NCBI GenBank assembly: GCA_051294905.1
Contig: CM119375.1
Coordinates: 3,844,001 to 3,908,000 of the forward strand
Origin: Botryllus schlosseri
Taxonomy: Eukaryota
Direction of reading: 5' to 3'
Length of the DNA stretch: 64,000 bases
Shown: positions 50,261-63,349 of the stretch, piece by piece
Layout of the letters: every line of letters begins with the position of its first letter
Position numbering within the stretch: the first letter of the stretch is position 1
Program-made: the position numbers and the translations under genes
Notes under the pieces: generated by a model
Told to the model about the DNA's origin: nothing
The model's database searches: none
Seen by the model: the letters and a program-made list of their open reading frames with translations, nothing else

Positions 50261-53200
50261 CTGTTAACAAAAGCCAACAGTTAACAACTATAACATGTAC
50301 TGTATATTTAAGCCCGTTGGAAGTAAGCTCAACACAATATTTACGGGAGCAGTTTCATTTCACGACTCGGGGCCGTGATCTAATAATGTCAGCGGTCTAA
50401 TTCAATTACAGGGTCTATAAATCAGCAGGTGAAAGTCAGTGGATAAAACCAATAAGTTATTGAGGTAAAGGGAGAACGGAACTTCATTATATTAGCGATG
50501 AGCAAATCAAGCATTTAGGCAGCTGTGCCATTGTCTACGGCGCCTGGATTAAATATGAATCAGATAATCAGCGAACTTGAACAAGTTCAAATATTCGGCT
50601 TAGCATGAGAACACAGATATCTAACAATGATTGAATACCTATAAAATTTTAAGCTTTTCCATATTAGAATTAGAATTAAAGCTACTCAGTCTCTTCCAAA
50701 TTAGATTAGAATAAGAATGGCAGAATACGAAATAACTTGGAAATTGAACTAAATTCAGAAATAGAAATAAATACAAAAATATCCATTCAGTTCATATCAA
50801 ATCATATATCATTTTCATAAGTATGGCAAGTTTTTGCAACTTTTTCAACTTTTTTTTACAGCTTCTGGCAGCTTCCTATAGATACTCAGAATCTATGTCT
50901 TATGGTGTTTTAGGCTGTTTGGAGGGATTTTATAGTGCAACTTTTTGCAACTTTTCTCTATTTTTCATGCCAATTTTTACCGCAACTTTCATCAAATATT
51001 GCGTAAAAATGTAAAGGAGTCATTGAAAAACATGCTATAAACTATTTTTAGTATGGTTCTATTATCTTTGATTTGCATGACAAAGAGCTAGATGATGTGT
51101 TAGCTGCATCTCACTGTTATCTATGACACAATGGCTTGTAAGCAAGAAGTTGAACCACCCCTGCCAAGAACGACTGTGCCCGAACAATATATAAATAGAT
51201 CGCTTTTTTTAATTCTGTCGTCTACATTTGAAATAGTTTCCCATTTCACGAAAGCCCGGACGAGGCCGCCGAAAATTACATTTTCACTGGGTCACCTTTT
51301 TCGGGCTATTGACTGTGTTAAAGTCGCCAAGCGTAAGGTTTTATGTAATGCATTGGGTCACGTTTGCAGACCTAGGGGGTTCGGGGTGTGTTAGTCGACT
51401 TCTTTTAGGGAGAAGGTATTATCGCTCTGCTGTTTGGCTTTTTGGGGAAAATTATTCCCGCAATGCCTAATTTTCTTGCTGTGTACCGGGACAAATGTAA
51501 TTTTCGGGGTTTAATCAGACCGTTAAATGGCGAAGTAACAAATTTGACAGCTCTGCAGGAACTAAGTTATACAACGGAACCTTTCGAGTATCTCATACCC
51601 TAATAATTCAACAAAAATTATGAATGCAACTTTTTTAAAAATTAAATGCAGCTTTCTCGCGATTTTAGTGCAACAAAAACTTGCCCTACTCATAAGCATA
51701 AGAATCCCGAATGTCTGTATAACAATCCGGGTTCGTTTCGCACTATACAGTTTTCCTGTGGCATTTTCAGGTAAACCAGATATTAGATCAGAAATAAAAT
51801 CAGAGCACATAAACCTTTCATCAGTTAGAATATAATTAGATTACCGACATTTCGCTTTCATTAGTATGGCTATACAACTTTAATAAGCCAAGTTATACAT
51901 AAGACGCTTGCTAATGCCGTCGCTTACAATAGGTATACCTGTAACGCCGTTATGCGTCATGCTATCTCCCCCATCTTTCACATTACGATTGTAACATTTC
52001 TGTAGCGGTTTCAATGTTTTTTGATACTCTCTCCATTGATTGAGACTATTTACTCCAAACGGCGTACTCGAAGTGGAATCGTCAACGCGGCCTGACATGC
52101 GACGCAAGTAATCCTTAGTTTTAACGTAAGGTCGAAATGGCCCACGATGAGCGAGGATGTTTCGTTCATAGATTCGATGGGAAACAGTATTACGTGATAC
52201 ATGTTCAGAAGATTTTTCAGTCAGTTCTGTTTTACTTTTAAGGATATCATGCTTTCCCATTACAGTGTCTGCCCTCATGCTATGACTGATTGCGGATATA
52301 TAGCCTAATATACACCGGTATTACATAGTAAATCTTGAAACATGAAGCCGTTATACATGATATTCCATTACTTTGTATATCAACTGTATGAAATCTAGAG
52401 TGCTAAAAGAAAAACTTGCACACCGTTATAGCGATAATGATGTTTCTGTTATCATCAAAGTAGTCTCTCATGGAGATTACAACTATGCTTAATATTATTG
52501 CCTTCGAATGATGTTGTACGGTACGCAATCGAAGGATCGCCGTATCTTAATTTGTTGAAGTATCAAACTGGCTAAAACTAAAATAATACAAGTTCCATAT
52601 CGTTATCGGGGGCGTAGACAGGCAACGGGTCACACCCGCTCAAGAACGGCACTGAATAGCATCGCTACCTAGAACTATCAGGAAACATGCTACGGGGCCT
52701 GGCTTATTTCAGCTAACATTATTAACACATTATTCGTATACATCTATAGTAACTCTGGACTTAAGCCCGTATCCCTGCAGTGGAGTTCGATCCTCAAGCC
52801 CTTATTAATATACAGTTGCGTACTACCAATCACTACAACTGAAGCGACTCTGTTTGGCGTGTAAACATGCTTATGGTAACGCAGCCTTTGATGTATTCTC
52901 CCAGTCAATGGGCTTAACATCGGTAGAACAAAATATATTAGGATGCAAAACACATAATGAAAAGGCGTTATCCCGACCGTGCGATATTAATGTGCGTAGT
53001 GACCAATATTGATATATCCACAAGACATGAAGGATATAAGAATACGCAATGTAAAGTAACACTTGCTGACCATAAATTGTTATTATATATTTTTCCATTT
53101 TTAAAAGAACTAAAATTCGGCTGGAATTATATCAATCACGAGTCGATGTAAACCCATGTGTGCTAATGCTATTGCAAAACTAGGCCATAAAGTTTTACGA

Positions 53201-54446
53201 CACTCGCTATATACCGGCAAAGCACGCTAATGAAATAACATCAACTTTAACCCATACCACATAGCTATATTCCTTCTCCACAATGAATTCTCTACTAGTT
53301 GCTGACGATAACCCTTGACGTGTGCCAGCCGACAATATTCGGGTTTACAGCACTTCAATATGAATATGGAATGTCTTCCGTACAATCATAGCTATACCAA
53401 GTAAATTGAAACATCTTAAAACAGGACAAGTGATTGTTTATACAAATCACTCGACTGCTTGTTACTGGATTACAAATGTCGTCAATTATGAGGATGAACC
53501 ATTTAACGTGATACTTATGATAAGCGATCGATTCCAGCGTTAACAAGTCTCTGAGAAACAGTCAACTTTATATATAAATGATCATTACGGCGATTGTCTA
53601 ACGCGTAAATTTCAAGCAATCGTATTAATCTTAGGCCAATTTAATAAAGCTCTTAAGGTCAAGCAATTTATAACGTCACACTGTGTACAGAAGTCCTGTT
53701 GGTTGTTACACTTGACGAACGAAAACGGCAATGCAACAGATTTATATTGGCTTTCCATACCCAACAAGTCATCTCATCGCCATAGAATAGGCTTGACTAA
53801 AATTCTACAATACAGCCCGCGAACAAACATTGTAGCTTGCCTACACGTCTAAGCACGGAATTCTCACACTCTGCATCGTTTTAAGCCACTTGTACGATGC
53901 GATATTTGTCATTCCGTACAAAAATTCCGTAACAATACAAACACAACCGGAAATTACTTTCTAAAATAAGATCGTGCCGCTACACGCCCCCTTTATAAAC
54001 CATGGAAGTTGCCGTGAGTGCGTGTAAATATAAATCTATATAGCGCAAGTATAACAGCTGACGTTAAGAATGACGGATCTGGCCAATACAGTGTAACGAA
54101 ATGTATGACCATTGACCACTCGGATATTCAGAAATACAGGGTTTATGATGTATGAATAACAATGATCAAATGAGTGTCCGGTGTCCCTGTTTTGTATTTC
54201 ATTCAGTGTTCAAAGATAGTCGTCCTCCCCAAGTTGTTAACTTAGTCTTAGTGGCTGCACATTGCACAAGTAAGTTAGCTCACATAAATATAACCTATTT
54301 TTCGATAAGTTTATCGTGTACGTAACGTACGTAGTTGGCCTAATATTCGACCACGCCACTAACCTTCCTACGATTTGTAATTTCAGAAAGGATTAGCCTC
54401 GCAAATTAGCACATCCATGGTGAAGTATTCAGCAAATATGAATGTA

Positions 54447-55115
54447 CAGTAGGGCTCTTCAAAAATGACTTTTTTTCTCAAATCGTACTGGCTACTTGAT
54501 AAAATTGTTAGGTTACCTAATTCAAGCCTACACACAAAATTTGGTTCAATTCCAGCCAGTAACCGCTTTGCTACAGGAGAAGAAAGTTTCTATTTATTAT
54601 ATAAATCTAAATAATAAAAAATTTGAAAATTTTCTGTTCACCCCATGAAAGTGTTAGGGTGTCTATAGAAACGATGCTCACCAAATTTGGTTCAATTCCA
54701 ACCAGTGGAAGCGGAGTTATTGCCTTCGAAAAATTTGGATTTGAATAAAATAGTATTTACGGTGACCGATTCTTTGTTTATTTATTATAGTTGTGCTCAC
54801 CGTAAATACTATTTTATTCAAATCCAAATTTTTCGACGGCTATAACTCCGCTGCCACTGGTTGGAATTGAACCAGATTTGGTGAGCATCGTTTCTATAGA
54901 CAGCCTAACACTTTCATGGGGTGAACAGAAAATTTTCAAATTTTTTATTATTTATTTTTATATAATAAATAGAAACTTTCTTCTCCTGTAGCAAAGCGGT
55001 TACTGGCTGGAATTGAACCAAATTTTGTGTGTAGGCTTAAATTAGGTAGCCTAACAATTTTATCAAGTAGCCAGTACGATTTGAGAAAAAAAGTCATTTT
55101 TGAAGAGCCCTAATG
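54447..55115. mobile_element. Foldback MITE: 319-bp inverted arms with 31-bp spacer (Tc1/mariner-type TA TSD favoured)
   Basis: Arms 54447-54765 and 54797-55115 differ at about 10 positions by manual count; termini CAGTAGGGC / GCCCTAATG flanked by TA. Confidence 0.88.
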
Positions 55116-55199
55116 TACAGTTACGTACATCTTGTATTTATTGGGCTATTATCTAACGTTGGTTACAGCTGATGTGCTACTCACACCAGAGATGGACGC

Positions 55200-55620
55200 T
55201 AGAGCATTTTTAACTTTCCCAAATTACATTCCATAGAATTTTCAATCAGGCGACACAGTTTGTTACAAATTAGATTATAATTATAATTATAGCTAAACAA
55301 TTATCTCCGAGATAGATTAGCATTATTATCTACTGAATTGGCAGCTGAAATGCGACAAAAATCAAGTTCAATTGATATCAAACCAGCAGTTCATTCTCCT
55401 AAGCACGACAATAAAAAATGTATGTACACCAAGCTTGACTCTTTTCACACTATAAAGCTCTCCTGTAACATTTCCAAGAAAACCATAAATTGGTTTAGAA
55501 AAAAAACTTAGAAACATTTCACAAATTGGATTAGAATTAGATTACCGGCATTTCACTTTCATCAGTCTAATTAATAATTATACATTATACAACTCAACTA
55601 CAATTAGTTGTACAAGTTTC
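55200..55620 (+). repeat. (ATTAGA)n family copy
   Basis: Same core as 31061..31680. Confidence 0.75.
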
Positions 55621-58600
55621 TCTCCAATACCTGTTCTGTTATTACGTATATAATGCAGTTATTTCCAACAGAGTTCCTGAGACCATATGCGTGTTGAAAA
55701 TAGGCACCCGTTCCTTTTACACCCTTGTTTTGATTTGGAGATTCAAGTCTGACGAAATACGCTATCGGTATTGTTCACCGCATACATCATGCTACGACAC
55801 ACAATTGGCATCCCCCGTCTAATTCCAATAGGTTACGATTGGAGAGATTTCAAGATATTTCCAGTACGCCAGGAATTTTCAACAACACAACGCGAACCAG
55901 CGTGCAACACAAAAGCGATAGTAAATTACATCGGTTCTGCTATTATGGAGAGAAATATGCGGAGAAATCACGAATCCAGTGGCGATGGAAAGATGTTATA
56001 CAGACTGCTGAATTACGCATATTGTTTACATTTACCGTTCACATCAAATCAAGGTTCAATTTCATAAGCATGCGGTTGGCAATGACTGTACTACACAGCA
56101 AGCTTCACTCGCTTCGCATTGTACCAGGGGCGGGCAACATATGGCTATATACCACTACGCTATCTCGCCACCTATTGAATTGATACCATCGTAAATCGGG
56201 GGTACCGGGCTTATCGCACGCCTTAAAACCGTAATTTAGGATTGCACCTTGTGTTGATTCATCAGAGAGAAGCAGACATGGCGGTGCAGGGTGCATGTAT
56301 GACAGTTCATGGTGATTCCTCTGTCTATTGCCCGAAGTCATATTTGAGAATTCTCTCATCAACAGCCATAACCTTTAATGTCATCAACCTATACGTTGGG
56401 ATGGTTAGCATTCTGATTTATCTCTTCAATATTTTGTGATATCACGATAAGAGAGGCGCGAAATGTTTCACTATCAAAAAGGGGGGCGTGTTTAAGAAAG
56501 TTTGAGAACCACTGCTGTATGACAATGCGGTTCTTAACTCCACCGTGTCTTCGTCATTATTAGCGAGAAATTGCTTTGAAATTACATTGCTGTCGTTAAA
56601 ATACATTCTTCAAATGCGATTTATTCCTTGTATATGTGAATAAATGGCGAATAATCTATCGATTCAGCTATCCGGCCCTCCAAGTACATAATTTTCCAAT
56701 ATCCTGCCCGCCGACTGGAGCAGTTGCCCGCCCCTGCACTATACATTTCTGATGTAACATTAGAAATTAGATAAGAATTAAAATTAAAGCATATAAACAT
56801 TTCACAAATTAGACTACAATTAGATTGCCGGCAATGCGCTGAAATGATTATCTAACTGTCCACATAGAAAGTCAGAAAATCAGATCATCGCGTCGCACCC
56901 ACCAACGAGTGAACGCACAGTCTCACACGCACAGTCACTTACCTTTCTCGAGGGCACGTTCGGCAGCTAGAATCCGTTTCTTTTTCGAAATCATGATTGG
57001 AATTACATGGATGCTTAAATCCCCAGCGTGGTTAACAATATAAAACAGCGGTAGCCTTTCCATTAATAGGTAACACGAAATCGGGCAGAGCCCGCCACAG
57101 AAAAGACAGTAAGCGTATGCCGCCGCGAAAATATCCAAGAGTATAAAGCTCATACGTAACTCAACTCTGTGCACTCACATTTATCCATTCAAGACGCAAT
57201 CTTTATCACATAATTATCTCACAAAGGAGCGAACTCCGCCTACTCTTGTTCAACCCGGACAGTTTTAAACCTCGGACCCGAGGCGTAGCAGCCGTAATTC
57301 TTTACAGCGCGAATCAATACTACAGCGTGACCCGGGTACTGACCTGTGCTGAGCGACAAGACGGCAGATGTTCTGATGGTCGCATTGTACAGATGTATCG
57401 TAATGTGATATCTTACAAAAGTCAATATGCGGGTGTTATTGTAGTATGGAGTGAAACAACACCTCTGTACGAATGTTACGATTCAGGATGTCGTCGGATG
57501 TAACTTTTGTCGTTAGACTCAATAGATCGCAAGGTACGAGATGTGAACTTCGTACCGGCATAGGGATCACGACAGCCAAGCGTCCAAGTCTGCATACACC
57601 ATCAAGCAATTAGATACAACTTCAACTCAAATATGAATGTAGTCGATCTAATGACATTATTCGCCGAAATCGTAACACAAAGTACGGCAATGCTTGAGCA
57701 GAATACTCTGTCTATACCAGTGCTTCTTAGCCGGAGTTTGTTAGTGGTATTCGTAGTGTTTGTCGACTACCATGGTCAACTGGTCATCTAAACCAGGCCA
57801 AATAATTTCCTTCATTATTCCATAGCTGCCGACTTGTAGCACGGCCCACTGATAGGCTTTTTTTTTATATGACACCGCTTGCACGGATGAGATGGCGCCC
57901 GCAACCCATTGGTGTTGGAGCTGTGGATTATACTTGTACCACTACGCAATCTCGACACCTTAGCCGGAGTTCACTAGAGAGCAAGACACATTCAACAGAT
58001 GTAACACTGATTTGAAGTGTATATTCATTATGATCTTTTTGTTTTTGTGTGAAAATCATGTTTATTGGCCCTATGTTTAAACACTGTTGTTGATGCACAG
58101 TACACTTTACGTACTAGTATTCCACAGTGATGTGATATTTGCAGTTAGCCGAAGGCTTGTGGATTATCGTAAGTGTTCGCCAAGGTAGCAATGGTTAAGA
58201 ACGACTGACCTAGACTATTTTACCTTCATTCACCCATTCATTTACATTTATATTGTGCCAAAGCCAATACGGTCGTAAGTTCAATCTGAGGGACTGGCGT
58301 AACTAGCACCAAACCTATACCTAAAAGGTGGAGTACTGAGCAAGCCTCTACCAGACAACTGAACATTACGATGAGTTGTGGGGAAGGCTTGTGAGTAGAC
58401 GAGATCTCTATTAAAATCAAGCATAACTGTATGGATGAGTGGGGCACAAAACACATCAAAACACATAGGTTCGCAATGCTACGCTATAATAGATTCAACA
58501 ATTACACTCTCAACTAAGCACATATATTACAGTTTGACCCACCACGCGACTGATACATGGGTCAGCGAACACTTCGGTGAAAATAATCTACGAATTCGGA

Positions 58601-59025
58601 AGGTCATACTAAAAAGCGCTCCGCCGCTACACAGAATTCGCGACCGTAACGAATAATAAAGGTGCCCTCTCGTGCTCAAGATTGATCCGGCGTTACGTGA
58701 TACGTTTGTAAAGAATATCAACGCTATTGTGTAACACTTCGTAACTACACGTACGATTAGAAAGGGATTGTAACGAAGCGAGTATTAACAATATTGAGGA
58801 GGGCACTTATCGTGTTCGATAAAAAAGGCAGCCTCTCCCGTTTACGTTCGAGTAAAGAGGACCGTTTTTCCTTTCCGCTATTTTTAGCGCACTTCGGAAA
58901 TATATATATTTAAAATTGCTGTACGTACACTCGTACAGTGTGCAGATTATACTCACAATATTGACTAATACAATCCAATTCGAATACGCGATATTCCGTA
59001 CGCCTGATCTCGACTACATAGTGTA

Positions 59026-59378
59026 CATTAGGGATGTTCAAAATGACTTTATTTCTCAAATTGTACTGGCTACTTGATAAAATTGTTAGGTTACATAATC
59101 TATGCATACGCACCAAACTTGGTTCAATTCCAACCAGTAGCCGCATTGCTACAGGAGAAGAAAGTTTCTATTTATTATATAAAAATTACTAAAAAAAAAT
59201 TTCAAAAGTTTCTGTTCACCCTATCAAAGTGTTAGGTTGTCTATACAAACGATGTTCACCAAATTTGACTCACTTCCAACCGGTGGAAGCGGAGTTATTG
59301 CCGTCGAAAAATTTGGATTCGAATAAAATAGTATTTACGATGGGCACAACTGTAATAAACAATTGGCCACCGTAAATA
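59026..59378. mobile_element. Truncated, diverged copy of the foldback MITE
   Basis: TA then CATTAGGGATGTTCAAAATGAC; one arm, the spacer and the start of the second arm. Confidence 0.82.
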
Positions 59379-59493
59379 TAATAATATAATAAATATAAAT
59401 AAATAAATATAATAATAAAAACCGCACATAAACCCCGCATATACCGGCGAATACAATCGAGTCAAAACACTGTACCATCGCATATAGACTCAC

Positions 59494-59606
59494 CGTTATG
59501 GTGCCACATGACGTCTGGCATCGGCCGTCCTGATATCTTGCAGTCGATTCTGACAGCGGTGCCTTCATTACATTCGACACTTTCCGGCTTGCGAATGAAT
59601 CTAGGC
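59494..59606 (-). CDS. TTN: Titin exon: N-half of Ig (approx. Z6)
   Basis: PRFIRKPESVECNEGTAVRIDCKISGRPMPDVMWHHN; GTGAGT donor; phase 2-1; not in ORF track. Confidence 0.92.
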
Positions 59607-59879
59607 CTGCGTAAGGTGGTGATGACAACTCATTAACTCCGACATTCATATACTGGTAAATATCATCACGCAGATATTCAGATAAAATCGCATTATAATT
59701 AGTACACTTGTAGGTATTGCTATCTACTGACAAGCGATAATAATAATCAGTTCATACGCTCGAATTTACAATATGCGTATATGTAAGGCTGTGCGCATTA
59801 CTATCAAGTAAATTATAATCATGGTCGTAACGCAATACCTGATAATTTGATGTCTTAAAAACTCACTAACCTACCAGTC

Positions 59880-60200
59880 TAGGATTACGAGAATTAGAAA
59901 TATAGCTACACTAGACATATTTTCCAAATTAGATTAGAATTAGAATTACTGAATTCGTAAAAACGCGGAAATTGATGTAAATTCCTAAATAAAAAGACGC
60001 ACAGAAATAATCAATTTCATTTCATATCAAACCACACTTTATTCTCACAAGCATAAGAATGGTAAATGTTTGTACATCAAGTTCGACTCAGAATTGCAGC
60101 ATTTTCAGGAACACCGGAATATTAGATTAGAATTGGAGCGTAGAAACATTTGACAAGTTCTAATTAGTCCATTATACAACTAGAATTATATAGCTTTCCT
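59880..60200 (+). repeat. (ATTAGA)n family copy
   Basis: Same core as 31061..31680. Confidence 0.75.
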
Positions 60201-61189
60201 AGTCTGCAATCGACATTACATTTACAATAACGATTATCAGCAAATTCAGATGACAACTCCCTAACTCTAAAACAGCCCTTGGCACAACAAAAAACACCAC
60301 CAGCAAACATATCTCGAAAAGGGTTTGCCCGATGAAACGCTCGATGCTTAAAGATAAACTTGCCCTGCTTAAACGCACTCGAACGTACTTAACCCGAAAG
60401 TATTTGACGGATAGTGTTAAACACACAGCGGTGACCAGGCACATCACAAGTGCTTGGACAAGAGCTTATATTTCGAGTGAGGTAGTTTGTTGTGAAGGAT
60501 TGGAGTAGAATAGGGGAAGGGCAATTAAAAGATTTTTTTCGTGATTTTAAATCGAAGAGCATATTGGTATTGAAGTAAACCCGAATATTTTCGGCGGACA
60601 CTCGTCAGGGGTAATCGTCAGCAACTAGTGGTAAAATGGAAATAACATTGTATATCAACAATCACCAAATATGACGAGTGTCATGTTCTGGAGCAAGTCC
60701 TAGGGGGGAGGTCTGATTTCAAAGACTGCTCCAAGTCGTCTTGACACCTTCCTATCTGTTCATAGTATCGCAGTATTGTGAAGTTTTGGAATCGATAAAA
60801 GTACCAATGCATGAATGGATCACAGATTTTCGCTGAATTAGGATATTGATGTGAACATGGCATTTCTAAAAAATTACAATTTTCATTCGACATTCGAAAA
60901 ACAATCAGCCATGAGTCATGACCGGAGATGGACATGGATTTTACATAATGCGAAATGGTTGACAGATTTAAATTCGGACTCGGATTTTCATGATATATCT
61001 AGAAGAAGATTTGGATTTCAAAATATTAAATCCGCAATCTCTGATGTCTTGGTGTATATACTCGTGAGCAGTGAGCACTCTTTCTGTTTCAGTCATTGGC
61101 ACTAGACTTGAGCAACTATAGATAGTTTTGTGGTCTAATTAAACAAACTGTAACGAAATGACAGTAACATAATTCGAACGTACTATGTG

Positions 61190-61500
61190 AAAAGTTTCTA
61201 TGCTCTAATTTTAATTCTAGCCTAATTTGTGAAATAATTCAACGCTGTAATTCGGATTCTAATCCAATGTCTGGTCTTCTAGAAAATGCTACAGGAGAAC
61301 TACATAGTGCAACAGGAGCCAAGCTTGGTGTACAGATATTTCAGAATTGACATGAACCGAACTTGACTCAACCTCGAAGCTGTCGCGCGATCAGTAATTC
61401 TAATTCTAATCAGATTTGGAAAAAAACTGTATCTATAACTCTAATTCTAGTCTAATTTGGAATAAACTGTGTAGATATAATCCTAATTCGAACCTAATTT
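61190..61500 (-). repeat. (ATTAGA)n family copy, inverted
   Basis: Reads CTAATTCTAAT..AGCCAAGCTTGGTGTACA on +; the only copy I found in this orientation. Confidence 0.75.
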
Positions 61501-61615
61501 GAAAGGGCTGGAGATTTACTAATTGTCCAGCTGTGATCGGCACAGCCAATACTTGGCTGGAACTTGGCTGGTCGAACCAAAGCAGAAAATGATTCAAAAA
61601 TCACATATGACTTAC

Positions 61616-61780
61616 TTGAAATATTTTTCAAGATCCAATTCCTCCACGTCATCGAGTCTGCGTCCCGGGGACACAGACCTCTTCTCGATTACGCCCGGGC
61701 TGAGGCTTGTAACGCGTAATTCGCCGGGCGCCGTCGGCTGTCGCATAGTGGGATGCTGGCGACGGGTATCACCACGCCCT
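61616..61780 (-). CDS. TTN: Titin Z-disc SP-rich linker exon
   Basis: ...SLSPGVIEKRSVSPGRRLDDVEELDLEKYFK resembles human SPGRRLEETDESQLERLYK (recalled); GTAAGT donor; phase 2-2. Confidence 0.87.
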
Positions 61781-61856
61781 CTGTAACAAGGTGTCGTGTT
61801 TTACAGAGGGGGTCAGTGAGGAAGTATTTCCCTTTTTTTCGTAGTATAGTCTAGTA

Positions 61857-62920
61857 CAGTGGTTCTCAACCACCGGTCCGCAACGACATTCCTGCCGGTC
61901 CGCCAGGAATATTACAATTTTACACCTAAATTTCGAGATGCAGTATGTGTATGCTGAAGGCTTGTCAATTGATAAAATAAATATAACATTAACTTTTAAA
62001 CTGAATCAGAACTTCGTGAGGTAACATTAGGTCCATGGAAACATATTCCATTTGACGACATGCGCGCGACAAGTACAAGCTGACTCTCTAGACCGCGCAG
62101 TTTGCGCGATTATTCATTTTCGATTAATTCATTTCATGTGGGAGGGACCGTAACTGCAGCATCCCAAAGCCCCAATTGGAGAGGGGCCGACGTTTAAGGG
62201 CCAAAAATTATTTCGTGAATGGACATAAATTATTGAGTGTTTTTTGAAACTTTATCCAACTTTTTTCGAATTGTCTTGGCGCCTTGCGCGATATAGTGTC
62301 ACTAAATGTCTTAATTATTGGGTGCACTTCCCTCAGTAAATACGCAGGATTTATAGAAATAGGCATTTCAGTGTCAGCCATTACCGCGCCACGACGCACC
62401 CACACATAATGAAGTAAGCTAACATGGGACTCTGAAAGATGTGCCAAAACATTCGGCAGCGAGAAAACCTGGGCCGAATACGACTGCCATTTGTTGACCG
62501 GAAACTTCGATATATATACGTCTAATTGTCCATGGGCGCCTAAATGGCTGCCGCCGATCTCATGACCCTGACAATATGTACCACACAGGACAAATGCCAT
62601 ACCACAGAGACACATTACTTTCAAGTGAAGAAATGCCAACGACTGTAAACGACTCTCGGCGGTAGCACGTTTATTTGGGCAAGGCAATTTTACCCCGACT
62701 CGGCAGACTCACTACCGTAAAATCACGTGGATGCCATCATGAACTGAACATAATTAATTACGATCACCCTCAAAAGGTCACTCTCTAGCACCATATACTT
62801 GCAATAAAACGGTTGTATACTTCACATTGGGTTGATTTCAATTTTAGAAAGGCCACCGGTCCGCCAAATATTTTTTGAAATTTTACCGGTCCGCAAGGTG
62901 AAAAAGGTTGAGAACCACTG
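61857..62920. mobile_element. Non-autonomous hAT (Charlie/Buster-type) element
   Basis: 15-bp TIR CAGTGGTTCTCAACC; perfect 8-bp TSD GTCTAGTA (61849-61856, 62921-62928). Confidence 0.9.
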
Positions 62921-63029
62921 GTCTAGTAAGTATAGCCTGATGGTGATTTAGGATTCAGGTTTTTTTCTTCAAACAGTCCTATTGTAGATTATACTACCCG
63001 CCAAAAACGAAAAGTACTATAATACGAAC

Positions 63030-63102
63030 CTGGATGTCGGAGACTGTGGTGGTCTTAGACTTCTCCTGGCCGACATGTCCTGTTCATACGAAGCGTATTC
63101 AT
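63030..63102 (-). CDS. TTN: Titin linker exon
   Basis: DEYASYEQDMSARRSLRPPQSPTS; tttcag acceptor, GTTCGT donor; phase 1-2 bridges its neighbours. Confidence 0.75.
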
Positions 63103-63349
63103 CTGAAACACATCCTAGTTAGATTGAAGTCATTCCCCTTGCGCCACGACTAATGTAACACTGAAAACTGTTCATTGTGCTAGTTTGATGTAGAATCGTG
63201 GATATATGATGAAATAGGAACATAAATAGGCCTAACAGGTTCTTCACCGGAATCGAAGGAGAAGAACTGTATTCATTACAGTATACCTACACATATAGAT
63301 GCTTCATGAAATCACCTGGCAGGTTCCGTATTTCAAAACTTGCATTTAC

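Noticed and set aside
55839-56183. Possible RTE-type LINE remnant (..RWKDVI..)
   Set aside because: One short motif only; no RT core visible.
58185-58215. tRNA or SINE A-box-like GGTAGCAATGGTTAAG (also a B-box-like GTTCGATCC near 52785)
   Set aside because: No paired A and B boxes or cloverleaf at either site.
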